Assembly (NCBI RefSeq): GCF_004010195.1 | Contig: NC_057758.1 | Location: 4,379,437-4,417,105 of the forward strand | Source of the DNA: Chiloscyllium plagiosum | Taxonomy: Eukaryota | Length of the DNA stretch: 37,669 bases | Direction: 5' to 3' | Shown here: piece by piece, positions 1 to 10,925 of the stretch | How the letters are laid out: each line of letters begins with the position of its first letter | Position numbering within the stretch: position 1 is the first letter of the stretch | Position numbers and translations under genes: made by a program | Notes under the pieces: model-generated | The model's input: only the letters and a program-made list of their open reading frames with translations | Database searches by the model: none | What the model was told of the DNA's origin: nothing

Positions 1-4
1 CAAA

Positions 5-929
5 TTAGCTTAAACCCCACCGAAGAGTGCTAGCAAACCTACCTCCCAGGATATTGGTGCCCTTCTGGTTCAGGTGCAACCCGTCCTGCTTTTACAGGTC
101 CCACCTTCCCCAGAATGCAGTCCAATTGTCCAAATACCTTAAGCCCTCCCTCCTACACCGTCCTTGCAGCCACATGTTCAACTGCACTCTCTCCCTATTC
201 CTTGCCTCACTGTCACGTGGGACTGGCAACAACCAAGATATGGCGACTCTGTCCGTCCTAGCTTTTAGCTTCCAGCCTAACTCCCTGAGCTCCTGAATGA
301 CCTCCCCACCCCTCTTCCTACCTATGTCGTTGGTGCCAACGTGCACCACGACTTCTTGCTGCACACCCTCCCCTTAAGGATTCTGAAGACACGGTCGAGA
401 CGTCTCGGACCCTGGCACCCGAGAGGCAACAAACCATCCGAGAGTCTCGCCCATGTCCACAGAACCGCCTGTACGTCCCTCTAACTAAAGAGTCTCCTAT
501 AACTAGCGCTCTCCTCCTCTCCCCCTTTCCCTTCTGAGCCTCAGAGACGGACCTCGTGCCAGAGACCCGGTCACTGCAGCTTACCCTGCTAGGCCGCCCC
601 CCCAACAGTATCCAAAGCGGTATACTTATTGTTGAGAGGAACGACCACAGGGGATCCCTGCACTGCCTGCTTCCTCCCCTTCCCACTTCAACTGTTACCC
701 AGCTACCTCTGTTCTCTGGCGTAACTATGTCCCTGTAGCTTCTATCTATCACCCTCTCAGCCTCTCGAATAATCCTCAGTTCATCCAACTCCAGCTCCAG
801 TTCCCGAACTCGTTCTGTGAGGAGCAGGATCTGACTGCATTTCCTGCAGATGAAGTCGGCAGGAGTATCGGTGGTCACCCCTACCTCAAACATCCTGCAG
901 GAGGAACATTCCACTGCCTGAGCTGCCAT
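5..929 (-). mobile_element. CR1-clade LINE ORF1 (Cys-rich zinc finger/leucine zipper plus SGNH/GDSL esterase), disabled
   Basis: From ATG at 929: MAAQAVECSSCRMF..FICRKC..ERVRELELELDELR (Cys motif and coiled coil), ALVIGDSLVRG (GDSL block I), VVVHVGTNDIG (block III) and DGLHLN (block V). Frameshifts split it between ORFs 318-1067 and 92-364, with a premature stop at ~92. This is the typical CR1 ORF1 layout. Confidence 0.92.
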
Positions 930-1060
930 TACTCGACACGTCGTCTCCAAAACAAGAACACTGAGTAGCTTATCTGTGGTCTTTAAAGTTAGGTTAGAGG
1001 AGGAGGATGGGAGGGAGGCCCTACTATGTAGGGCCTGGTGTCTAGAACACACCCACTCAA

Positions 1061-1357
1061 ATATCAATCACTTACCTTCCCGTCTAGCTCTGCGCTCCAA
1101 CCTTCACTTCCGCCCAGCTCGCGCCGCTCTCTGCTGTGAAAAGACCGTTGGCGTCGAGGTAAGTTCTTAAATATTAATCACTTACCTTCCCGACTAACTC
1201 TGCGCTCCAACTTCACTTCCGCCCAGCTCACGTCGCCATCTGCTGTGAAAAGACCGTTGGCGTCGAGGTAAGTTCTTAAGTATCAATCACTTACCTTCCC
1301 GACTAGCTCTGCGCTCCAACTTCGCTTCCGCCCAGCTCACGCCGCTCTGTGCTGTGA
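1061..1357. repeat. ~110-bp tandem repeat (about 2.7 units) in the 5'UTR of the CR1 element
   Basis: Units begin at 1061, 1171 and ~1280 (ATATCAATCACTTACCTTCCCG...GCGCTCCAAC...CTTCCGCCCAGCTC...TGCTGTGAAAAGACCGTTGGCGTCGAGGTAAGTTCTTAA). They are nearly identical and CpG-rich. Confidence 0.95.
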
Positions 1358-1429
1358 TATCAGATTGATTGGAGAGCAGGCGTGTTCCGACCAATGTGCT
1401 TTTGTTTTTAACGACCTGGTCAGGAACAT

Positions 1430-1763
1430 GGGGCCCAGGAGGAATATCTGGAGATGAACAAAATTCACTGAATAATTACGGGGCGGATAATCCTGCCTCA
1501 GGAAACATTAATGTATTGGGCTGCTCAGAGTAAGGTCTAAGGAAAGGGAAAAAATTGAATGTAAACAGGCCACACACTGAAGAAGAAGAATGCTGTAAAT
1601 AGGATTGGTGAGATACAGTGGCAGACGTTTGAAACACCACACCACACCCACAAGTCCCAAAATACCACCCTCCCGACAAACAAGAAGTGTAATGTCGTTG
1701 GTACATTAAAATGTGGGTCTGAAGAAGAGAGGACCAGTTGTGACATTTCCTGATTACACAGTG
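1430..1763 (+). pseudogene. Decayed Ig V-type domain relic (VH-like C strand)
   Basis: ATG TAT TGG..CAG..GGA AAG GGA reads MYWxxQ..GKG at 1511-1549. GTLKC at 1700-1714 resembles DxGxYYC. CACAGTG lies at 1757-1763 with no nonamer. Many stops. Confidence 0.3.
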
Positions 1764-2244
1764 TTTACGAGAAATAAGGAAATTGATGATAGTAAACTTT
1801 ACAATAGTTGCAGAGAGATAGGCAATGAGGAAGGTAGAGAGGCGGTGGAGAGAGCGAAGGACATATAAACAGAGAGAAAGAGGACGTCACATACACAAAT
1901 GGGACTGGGACCATGCATTAGCAGCAGGTCATTGTGGCGGATTGGGATTGTTGTATTTTAATGTTGAATTCAGGAAATGACAGCACAGGGTGGGGAAAAT
2001 AAACAGGAGAATTTCAAGATGAACTCTGTGGGACAGACATCTCATCCGAAGAAAATGCATTCACCATCTGTATTCCTAAAGTGATCAATTTACCATTTCC
2101 CATGCTGCGTTCCAGCTGCCGGGTTTTGTTCCATTAACTCAACCTATCTCTGTACATCTGCAACCTGCTTGTGCGTTCCCCACATTAGAAGCTCCACACA
2201 GCAGTCATTCGAGTATAGAAACGAAATCTGTTCCCTCGCAATTT

Positions 2245-2285
2245 GAGGCAGCAGTGATAATTACTGAGCCATCGTGCCGTCCACA
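2245..2285 (-). mobile_element. tRNA-SINE (HE1-like) 5' head fragment
   Basis: GAGGCAGCAGTGATAATTACTGAGCCATCGTGCCGTCCAC matches the head of the HE1 copy at 36925-36963. Confidence 0.6.
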
Positions 2286-3469
2286 TGTGGTTTTTTCTTT
2301 CACACACCTGTCATGAAAATATCTTTTCAGCTTTAGTTTGCTCCTTTGTCAAACACGTTGCCCTGTCTTTGTTCGTCCACCCTTTCCAGCGTGCAGAAGA
2401 CAGACTTCGTTGCATGGAGATCGTCTCCACTTTGAATTTCGCCCATTTCTTACTTCCAATCTCTCACAGCAAACTCTCATAACCGTCTTTCTGGCTCTGC
2501 TTCTGTTCTTCTTCTATTGACGGTCTCTCTCTGCCAAATCTTACTCTGGATTGAGCATTGTTCTTCTTCACCATCATCTCCATTTTCTAATAAATGGATC
2601 ATCGTCTGCCAAGTACGTTTCCACTCGATCTGATGGACTCACCACATTTCAAATAGCCAGATCTACAAAATAAAAATTACATTTGAATTGGATGCAGTGA
2701 TTTATTCTGCATGCAATCGAAGGACACTTTCCTCTCGATGCCTTTTGCAATATAGTTGTTCCGATCAATACTGGGTAACTATTATTCTGCATGCCATGAA
2801 TTCTGACTCAAGATCATTAATGCTACTTCCGCTGGACCCAACAACTTCGCCACTCCTGAAGCTTAGATTGGGCATTCTCCAGAAATATCTCGCCAATGGC
2901 TGGACTCCTCTTCTGGGCCTAACAACGTTGCCATTGCTGCAATTAGCACAACGCCATCGTCTGCCCTAACCTCATCAACATCACCATGACTGGAGCAAAC
3001 ATTCATCATTCATCGCAGCAAGGCGTACTGCACTGGGCACACCAATGCTGGCATTGGAACGGCTGCTGGCTGTGGTGGTAGACCCACATCTCTGCCATGG
3101 AACCAAATGTCGCCACTTTCCAGTGCCAATTATTGCCCCTTGATACCAGCGCTGCCATGACTGCATGCTGGGCTCACCTCGCTGATGCCTCTGTATTCTG
3201 TATTGCGTCAATCTGCCACTGCAATTAGTGTTGCCAATGGACACTTTCGTAAACGCAAAAGAAGAGACAAAACTAAATAAAAACGTAAGGAAAAACACTC
3301 AAAGTAAGAACACCCTGGAACATCCTCACTCCCGAGAACGAAAATTCTCCAATTCATTACTTTTACCACCTTTCTTCCTTTCTTGCATTCACAATCTTTG
3401 ATTAACTCCTTGAACCTAGGAGTATTTAATAACAGGTCTATTTGTCCTCCCCAACTTGAAAAGGCCCTC

Positions 3470-3760
3470 TAAGATTGTTTGTTTTCTCCCTCAGTCTGTC
3501 AATTTCTCTTTCATTTTCACTGATTCTCTTGCTATCACTGTGTGTCTTTCTACCTCCCTCTCTCTCTCTATCTTTTTTGTTTTTCTCCCTTCCAGTTTTC
3601 CCTACTGAACCCGTGTCTGTCTCCCCCTCTATCTTTCTTTATCTATCTTTCTTTGAGTTTTTCATTGTTTCTATCTACGTTCTCTCTGTCTCTGTCTCAG
3701 AAACTCTTTCTCTCTCTCTGCGTCAATCATTTCAGTTTTTGTCTCGTTCTCACATCTCCA
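3470..3760. repeat. Degenerate pyrimidine-rich (CT) low-complexity tract
   Basis: Strong C/T bias with TCTC runs. Confidence 0.8.
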
Positions 3761-3764
3761 TGTT

Positions 3765-3960
3765 ATTGTTATCTACAAAATCATCACACGTTATTTGACA
3801 ATATTGAGGATTTAACCTGATGATCGGATATTCAACAATTCAGATTTGTGCATTGTACCGACAGACGGACAGTGAACTGCTGCATCATGTTCTGTGACAG
3901 ATCATTCCATGCAACCTATGGAAAAACTGCATGGTGACCGGCGAGAAGGTAGAGCCATTT
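3765..3960 (+). pseudogene. Decayed Ig V-type relic (VHWYRQ motif)
   Basis: GTG CAT TG- TAC CGA CAG ACG GAC AGT GAA CTG at 3848-3879 reads VH(W)YRQTDSEL if a 1-nt deletion is restored. This is the canonical V-domain C-strand motif. Confidence 0.35.
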
Positions 3961-4029
3961 GGAATAATTTATTCAAAACACCAACACAGAATCAAAACTG
4001 TTTCACAATCTGGACAAATGAATCATGCA

Positions 4030-4420
4030 GCGTGAGAGGGAGACGCATAGAGATCGCGTGAGGCAGGAGGGGGATGGTGAGGGAAGAACGAGGACAGAGT
4101 GGCAATAGTGCAAACAATTGGAATGATATCAAGAGTAAAGAACAGTAGAATGCATGTAGAGACGGTGGTGGAATGAGAGAGAAGAAAAGCAGAGAGTGGG
4201 AGACAAGAGAAAGGAGGTGAAATTAAGTAAGGCAAAGCTACAGATTGAGTGGTACAAACAGAGGCAGATAGGAAGGAGAAGAACAAAGAGAGAAAGGAGG
4301 GAAGTGAGAGAAAGATAGAGAGAATAATGAGAACTTTTGGGACAGAAGGAAATGAAAGAAATGATGAGAGGCCAAGATATAATCACAGAATGGAAAAACA
4401 AAATGCAGTACAGAAGAGGC
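4030..4420. repeat. Degenerate purine-rich (GA) low-complexity tract
   Basis: Strong A/G bias. Confidence 0.8.
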
Positions 4421-4737
4421 CGTTTGGAAGGTCGAATCTGCACTGCCTAAAATATTGCGACAGCCGGAAAGGTACATCGAGACAGCTCAACCAAACTTGG
4501 TGGATGAACAGAGGCTGACATCATTTTTAATCTCACTTTCCCAGTCTCTGTGCAGGCAACGAATTCTTGTTGAAGTACTGTTAATTTTCGAAGCCTGCAC
4601 TATCATTGTCCATCTCTCTCTCTCTCTGTCTCTCTCTCTCTGTATCTTTCACTTTCCTGAAAGCTCTGTAAACTGACCAGATGGGGAGATTTATGATCTC
4701 TTGCTGCATTCTAAGAATCAGTGCACGTTTATTTTAG

Positions 4738-5035
4738 CATCTGCTGTGCAGCACTTAAGGAAATTCGGTGGTGTTCTCGATGTTGATAAAAGTCATTGCA
4801 AACAAAGCGAGGAACACTGTGGACCAAGAAAAATTGAAAATGCGACTGCAATGGTACGTGAATTTAGCTCACAGCCAACTTGTCAAAGACAGCTAGTGCT
4901 GGGCAAAGAATGCCCGCGCCCCAACAGGGACAGAGGTCGAGCCAATGAAAGAAAAACAAAAATGAACTTTACCTTATTGATAACCTCACGGCCTGGGGTA
5001 TTTCCTTCAATCTCTAATTCCCATCGACAGTGTTT
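4738..5035 (+). pseudogene. Decayed Ig V-type relic
   Basis: Acceptor TTTTAG at 4732-4737, LQWYV at 4846-4860, NFTLLI/DNLT (E strand) at ~4965-4990 and heptamer-like GACAGTG at 5026-5032. Frameshifted, with no clear Cys pair. Confidence 0.3.
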
Positions 5036-5226
5036 CAATGAAGAGGATATCAAGCACCCAGCGCACCTCAGAAATAAGCACCGCTCTTCCTGAAGATATA
5101 ATAAAGAAATACATGCAATCTAAATAGTGGGAGCAGCACAGGCGCGTGAAACAATGCACGCTAGTAGGTGCTACGTTATCCCACACCCACCGGATCAGAT
5201 CTCCAGTCCTAACAACTAGTTGTGGG

Positions 5227-5640
5227 AGAAAGTGAGGACAGCAGATGCTCGAGAGTGTGGTGCTGGAAAAGCAGAACAGGTAAAAAAAGCAGTCGGGGAG
5301 CAGGGGAATCGACGTTTTGGGTGTAGGTCCTTCATAATGAATGAGGCTTGTTGGCCAAGGGGGCTGAGAGACAAATAGGAGTGGTGTGTGGCTGGGGGGA
5401 AAGGTAGCTGAGAATGCAACAGGCAGAAGAAGGTGGGGAGAAGGTAATCGGTATGAGAGGAGGGCGGAGTGGATAGCTCGGAAAGATTGTGGACAGATCA
5501 AGGTGGCGGTGCTGAGTCGGAGGCTTGGGAATGCGTTAAGGTGGGTGGGGGAAAACGGAAATGAGGAAACTGGTGAAATCCATATTAAACACGTGTGGTC
5601 GCAGTGTCGCAAGTTGAATGATGAGGAGTTTTTCCTCCAG
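5227..5640 (-). mobile_element. Penelope-like element 3' end plus terminal (pLTR-like) repeat
   Basis: The minus strand reads LEEKLLIIQLATLRPHVFNMDFTSF, resembling the C-terminus that follows the GIY-YIG domain of vertebrate PLEs. It is followed by the dispersed terminal repeat family (GTGAGGAC.GCAGATGC...GTGGTGCTGGAAAAGCA) with a decayed hammerhead-like core at ~5310-5345. Confidence 0.7.
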
Positions 5641-5714
5641 ACATTGGATGATCAGGGTTTGGGGAAATTTGATCCTCTGAAGAGTTTTATAATCAACAAC
5701 CACAACCACTTGTT

Positions 5715-5775
5715 AACAGTGTGGTGTTGGAAAAGCACAGTAGGTCAGGCAGCATCAGAGGAGCTAAAGAACTGA
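5715..5775 (+). mobile_element. Penelope-like terminal repeat fragment
   Basis: GTGTGGTGTTGGAAAAGCACAGTAGGTCAGGCAGCATC, same family as 5227, 24950, 27710 and 34227. Confidence 0.7.
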
Positions 5776-5779
5776 TGTG

Positions 5780-6340
5780 TCCAAATTTCTGCAACATCTG
5801 GAAAATGTCCAGACTTGGCTGGGCGATGGAAAATCATATTTATGCCAAACGAACGTCAAACGCTGACAATCTGCAACAAGAAAAAAACAAACTTCACCCC
5901 TTGACATTCAATGGCGTCACAATCACTGAGTCCCACACTGCCAAAATAAGTTGCTGGGTAGGGAGTGCAGGGGAGTAACTTTGATCAGAAAATCACAGCA
6001 TTAAATGTAGTGGCACGTCAGGGACTAGGAATCCTACAGTTAGGAGGCCACCTCCTGATGCGCTATATCCTATCCACCATCAAAAAATCAACCATCAGGA
6101 GTCTGATGGAATGGTTTACAATGTCTGGATAAGTACAGTTCCAATAATACTCGAGACGTTCGAAGCCACCCAAGAAAAATCATTCCATTTGATTGCCATC
6201 ACATTAACAAGCATTCACTCCGCCCCAATAGATGCTCAGCAGGACCAATTTTTGTTGACTTTCAGATATTCAAGAAATATCGTTAGACAACACCTTCGAA
6301 AAGTATAACTATGGCATTCTCGAAGGACAAGGGTACAGCC
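5780..6340 (+). mobile_element. L2/CR1-group LINE ORF2 3' fragment
   Basis: PLTFNGVTITES..., LGIL, LSTI..RSLME and decayed DKAA..LI-type blocks. Same family as the minus copy at 21260-22320. Confidence 0.65.
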
Positions 6341-6344
6341 TTTC

Positions 6345-6615
6345 CATAAAGGGAAGACCTTTTAGAACAGAGATAAGGAAAAACGTCTTCAGTCATGGAG
6401 TGGTGAATCTATAGAAATCACTGCTGCAAATGTCAATGAGGCAAGGTCATTCAATATACTATAGATTAACTTAGCTAGGTTCTAACTCTAAAAGGGATCA
6501 AGGATTACTGGCAGAAAACCCGAGAAAGGGGTTGAGAAATTTATCAGCCATGATTGAATGCTGGAACAGACTCGATAGGCTGATTGGACTAATTTTTGCT
6601 CCGACGTCTTATCGA
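6345..6615 (+). mobile_element. CR1 LINE 3' end
   Basis: AAGGGAAGACCTTTAGAACAGAGATAAGGAAAAACGTCTTCAGTC..GTGGTGAATCT (GR.FRTEMRKNFF.QRVVNLW), followed by the 3'UTR CAGCCATGATTGAATG..GACTCGATAGGCTG. Confidence 0.8.
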
Positions 6616-6619
6616 AACG

Positions 6620-6990
6620 TAATGCTTCTGCCAAGCCAATTATTTACCAGTGTACAGAGATATCTAATTGTTTAATGCTTGTACTGGTGAAAGTTTGAAT
6701 AGGTCGTCTTTGAGCTTAAAAGAAGTATCGTTCTGTGGTTATTGAGGCGATTTGGCCATTATTCCTCCGCTGTTTCTTTGAACAAATATCTGAATTTGAC
6801 GACACAATAAGAGCATAGATTCCCAGCAGCTTGATAAAGAGGGTCATACAGGATGGCGACTAGCTCCTCTTCCGAAGTAAACATGACAAAAAGAAGCAAC
6901 AGCAAATCACAAGACTCCTGTAACCATTCGAAGGGAATGGCTAGTGGTTTGAACTGATCGTCATCATGCATCAGGAAATGGGAAGGCTTC
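6620..6990 (-). mobile_element. Possible decayed Ty3/Gypsy pol RNase H fragment
   Basis: The minus strand gives DDQFKPLAI..EEELVAIL..LFKE...ILLL...TIRY...LAEAL, paralleling Gypsy KPIAF..EKELLAIV..L.LL..Y.I.Y..GK..ADALSR. Very degenerate. Confidence 0.35.
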
Positions 6991-7149
6991 CGAAGGTGGG
7001 ACCTGCCATTGTATGAATAGAAAGGCAATGTCAGATAATGTTAATTGAAATGAAAATGACAAATCGTGTACAATTTGGGAAGTGGTGACGTTATTCATTT
7101 GGCAAGCGAATCGAACTTTCATTGAAATGTGACCACCTTTCACAGATGC

Positions 7150-7985
7150 ACCAGACAAAACATTTTGCCTGGATGCATCGCACCTTGATAGGTCAACAGC
7201 TCACCGAAGACTGGAAGAAACTATAGAAAGCTGTGATCACTGTCTAGATCAACAAATAAGCCAACCTTCAATCCATTGACTTAATTGTCACTTTGTGCTG
7301 CCGCGGAAAGGCAGTCAACATTATTAAAGGCTCCGCTAACTCCCCCCCCCCCCCCCAACCCCAGTTATAATATCTTCCAACTATTCAGAGTTATATAAAG
7401 TCATGGAGTCCTACAGGACAAAGACAGGCCCTTTGGCCCAATCTGATCCATGCCGACCAAACTGTCCATCCACGCATGGATTTATTTGCGCTTGTTGAAT
7501 ATCCTTCAAAATCTTTCCTATCCATGTGTCCATGTGTTTGTACAAATGCATACTTCCAATGGCAACGTATTCCATATGGGCACTACCTGCTGTGTAAAAC
7601 AGTTGCCCTCAGGTTCCCTTTTATACTATCCCCTCTAGCTTAAACTAATGCCCTCCCATCCTCGATTCCCCAAGGTTGAGGAACAAAACTGATTGGATTC
7701 ACTCTATTCTGTCAGACAGAAGGTACAAACACTTAAAAGATACATACTGAAAGATTCATCTTATTTACTGCTGTTATCAGAGTTCAGAATGGACAAATCA
7801 AATTTGAAATCTCAAGTTGACGTTGTTTTCTGTACATTATTACATCTGAAACTTCATAATGCTCACTCTGCTTAATCACCCTTGTGCCTTTGTGTGTTAT
7901 GATGTGTCATACTGCAGGCAACACGAAGCGTTTTGTTGTACTTAGACCCATGTGACAATAATAAGTCAAAATAAATCAAATTCAT
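7150..7985 (+). mobile_element. Rex1/Babar-type LINE 3' end, interrupted by a CR1 fragment
   Basis: GCI...WKKL..(C)CRGKAVNIIK before ~7385, resuming at ~7705 with ..RRY..LK....AVIR. It ends ATGTGACAATAATAAGTCAAAATAAATCAAA, typical of the Rex1 3' tail. Confidence 0.75.
7388..7705 (-). mobile_element. CR1 LINE 3' fragment nested in Rex1
   Basis: Tail GAGTTATATAAAGTCATGGAGTC..ACAGGCCCTTTGGCCCA, then the reverse of the CR1 ORF2 C-terminus (..TTAAACTAATGCCCTC..). Confidence 0.75.
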
Positions 7986-8309
7986 TTCTTGCATTGCTGT
8001 GCACCATTAACTCCAAAATCAATGCAATAGGAATTAAAGAAATGTGGGAGCTGAAAAGAATTTTGCAGGTAGTGATACATAAAAATAGACAAGGTAAGCA
8101 CAAGGGAAGATTACTGGCAAACAGAAATGGAGAGAGTGAGAAACAGGAGGCCAAAGAAAATGAGATAGAGAGAGAAAACAAAGGGAGACACAGACAGAAT
8201 AATCAGGTAGAGGCTATTGAATTAAAACAACAAAAGGAAACATAAAGGGAGAGTAAGGTTGGGAAGGGACAGAGGGAGCAGAGTAAGCTGCTGGGAAATA
8301 AATAGGTCG

Positions 8310-8679
8310 GGAAAGGTGCCGAATTGTAATAAATAACTGGCAATACTTTCCAGAATCCATGACGTCTCAGAGTGGTGGACACACATGCACTGACTATTGT
8401 CTGCTGTCAATGTTTTGTGCGGAGGGTACAAGGCAATCAGTTTGCACACAAGAAGTTCCACTGTTACCAACAACGTAACGGCTGGTCTGGTGAAGGGATA
8501 TGTCTTGGTACCAGTTCACGGGGGGCAGTGGAAGGTAGTGGGGAAAACTTGAAGGTAGATTCCGTGAAATATTTGAGGTTGGGAAGCTTCAGGAACCAGT
8601 AGCAGTATTCCAATTTGAACTGTGCGAAGACCGAGTTGAACAAAAAGATAAATTGCTTCCAAGGTTGAATAACAGCAAC
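8310..8679 (-). pseudogene. Decayed Ig V-type domain exon (non-rearranging receptor-like)
   Basis: Polypyrimidine acceptor TTCCCTTTCGCGTTGCAG, exon start 8679. Reads VQLGLRTVQIG/NTATGS*(TGA at the Cys position)SFP...PVNWYQ (WYQ at 8505-8513)...*SVHV.PL*DVMDSGKYC (DSGKY at 8343-8357). The B, C and F strand motifs are in one frame and in the correct order. Confidence 0.55.
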
Positions 8680-9169
8680 CTGCAACGCGAAAGGGAATAG
8701 AAGCAGTCATGCCATGACGCGTTGGAAGTAAGTACCTATTCAGAATGGAAAGCTGCAGCAGAACTTCCTGAAAAAAAGAAGTGGTGATTTACACATAATC
8801 TCCCAGCCTTTTTGAAAAACTCAAACGCATCATTTTTTTTACCCATTTGCAATGGGTTTAAGTACAGTCTGTTATTGCTTTTACGCACGCCATTCATGGC
8901 ATCAGCAAACAACAACCATATTTTATTCTGAAAAATGCATTGGCACGACTTCAAAGTTGGTTTTGTGTGCCCTCGGATCCATGTGGTGGTAAGGTATATG
9001 AACTTAGACCTCCTGGATAAAAGGTCAGAAGATCAGAAGTCATTTTCCTTCAATCCACAAGAACTCTCAATACTTTGCCTGTTAGTGTTGGCTCTTTGTG
9101 ACAAAACCTTTGGTTGAGAATCAGTTGTAGATTAATTTCTACTCGTGTTTACAAAACCAGGTTAAACAC

Positions 9170-9520
9170 CAGAAGGCCAAAACAATTGATAGAAATATTT
9201 CTTTGTCAGGAATGCGAGGAGAACAATCTCTGATTATTTTGGGCAGTCGATCCGTCTGTTAAATATTTGCCTCTTAGACGGATCTCATCGGCCACAAGAC
9301 TCCATTCAGTCTCTGAGAGCACCACAAAGGCTGCAATGTTCCACTGTAAAGACTGGAAAGGATCCATTATCTCATTATGTGTTCGATACACAGGCTGCAC
9401 GCAGTTGAATGCCCAAGTACGAAATCCACACACTGCAGACATTATAACACTGCAGGCAATGTGCACCTTGATAAATGATGATTTACCAAATATCTGGACT
9501 CCCACATTGCAGACAATGCA
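9170..9520 (-). pseudogene. Decayed Ig V-type relic, paralog of 37110-37440
   Basis: SAVCGF..., MR*W, LRGKYLT (cf. VKGRFT) and KYFY at 9189-9200 (cf. YFC). 9258-9379 aligns without gaps to 37216-37337 at about 91/122 identities (hand count). Confidence 0.5.
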
Positions 9521-9956
9521 TTACCGTAAACAATACAGACTCTGCAAGTGCCGCATTTTGAAATGACAGTCATCTCATTGCTTGACTATAGACAACACAG
9601 GTTACACAAAGCTGAGTGTCCAAAATTCAGGGGGAAGCACATAAGAAGTTGTATCACTATTGGTATTGTTTTAGTGCAGTCTGTTCAATGTTAAGTAACC
9701 AAGCCAAATAGTAGACATTGCATTACTGCGATATTTTGGAGATGCTGGTTTTGGACTGTGGTGTACACAGTTAAATACCATACAATACCAGGTTATAGTC
9801 CAACAGGTTTATTTGGAAGCAATCGCTTCCAGAGCACTGCTACTTAATCAGGTGGTTGTGGAGTTTAAGATCCTAAGACACAGAATTTAAGGCATATGTA
9901 TACAATGTGATGCAAATGAAATTATACATTGAGAAATGCCAGGATTATTTGTTAAG

Positions 9957-10243
9957 GTTAGATTCCCTACAGTGTGGAAACCGTCCCTTCGGCCCAACAA
10001 GTACAAACCGCCACACTGAAGAGCATTCCCCAACGTTTAACATGCTAATGCCCCTAATACTACGGGCCATGTATCATGGCCACTGTTTGCCCGCCTTTGG
10101 ATTGTAGGAGGAAACGGGAGCACCCGCGCAGACACTGGAAGAATGTGTAAACTCCACACAGAGAGTTGCGCAAGACAGGAATTGAACACGGGACTCTGAC
10201 GCGGTAAGACAGCATTGATAACCACTGAGCCAAAGTGGTGCCC
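9957..10243 (-). mobile_element. HE1-type V-SINE (tRNA-derived), inserted in the Penelope-like element
   Basis: tRNA A/B-box head, V-SINE core (GTGTGGAGTTTACACATTCTTCC..) and CR1-like tail GGGCCGAAGGG..TTTCCACACTGTAGGGAATCTAA. Confidence 0.88.
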
Positions 10244-10529
10244 AAAAGTCTCCCATCTTTTGGCATGAACGTGTTGGTTTCAGATTTTCATCTGTAAGTC
10301 GCAGAACTGCTTTAAAGACACATTCCAAAGTGAACTTTACCAATTGGTATCATCTAGGGCCAGATAATGCATTTGTGCTGTCAGGTGCCCTTTGTGAGAT
10401 TGTGTGAGCTAGAATGTTCAGACTGATTCTAATCTAAAAAAAAAGATTGCCAGAATCGTACATGGATTCATGCAGTTTTTCAGCAGAAGCAAACGTAATT
10501 TTCCAAGTCCATATTCACCCCACAAACTT

Positions 10530-10925
10530 ATATGTGTGCCTGTGTGCATGTGCGTGTGCCTGTTAGAGGTGTTGATGAGTGTCTGTGAGAGAGTGTGTCT
10601 GTGTGTGTGTGAGTGCGATTGGGTATGAGTCTGTGAGAGGGTACATGTTTGCGTGTGAATATACGAGTGTAAATGTGAGCGTATGAGAGAGAACATGTGT
10701 ATGAGAAAAGGGCTGTCTCTGTGTATGCGTCTGCAGAAGAGTGTGTGCGCACAGGACTGTCTTTGTGTATGTATCCGTGTGTATTTGTGTGCCTCTCGGG
10801 GACTGTGCGTCCGTCTCTGTGTTTGTCTGTATGTGAGCGTGTGTCTGTCATCGTGTGCGTCTGTGTGTCTGTGTGAGAGAGAGTCCCTCTGTGTGTATGT
10901 ATGTCTGTGTCTTTGTGTGTGCAGT
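10530..10925. repeat. Degenerate (TG)n microsatellite
   Basis: Visible TG/GA dinucleotide runs. Confidence 0.9.

Noticed and set aside
1061..1357. CRISPR-like array
   Set aside because: The units are contiguous ~110-bp tandem copies with no unique spacers, in a eukaryotic LINE UTR context.
1757..1800. Functional RSS at the perfect CACAGTG
   Set aside because: No nonamer at 12- or 23-nt spacing.
1900..2960. Possible V relics (ENAFTICI; HW..GECP)
   Set aside because: Insufficient ordered motifs.
8222..8520. Apparent J plus C1 motif (TGTKT..PAVTLL..LVCKLIALYP) on the minus strand
   Set aside because: It overlaps the better-supported V frame (VNWYQ...DSGKYC) and lacks the C1 Trp and proper spacing, so it is likely coincidence.
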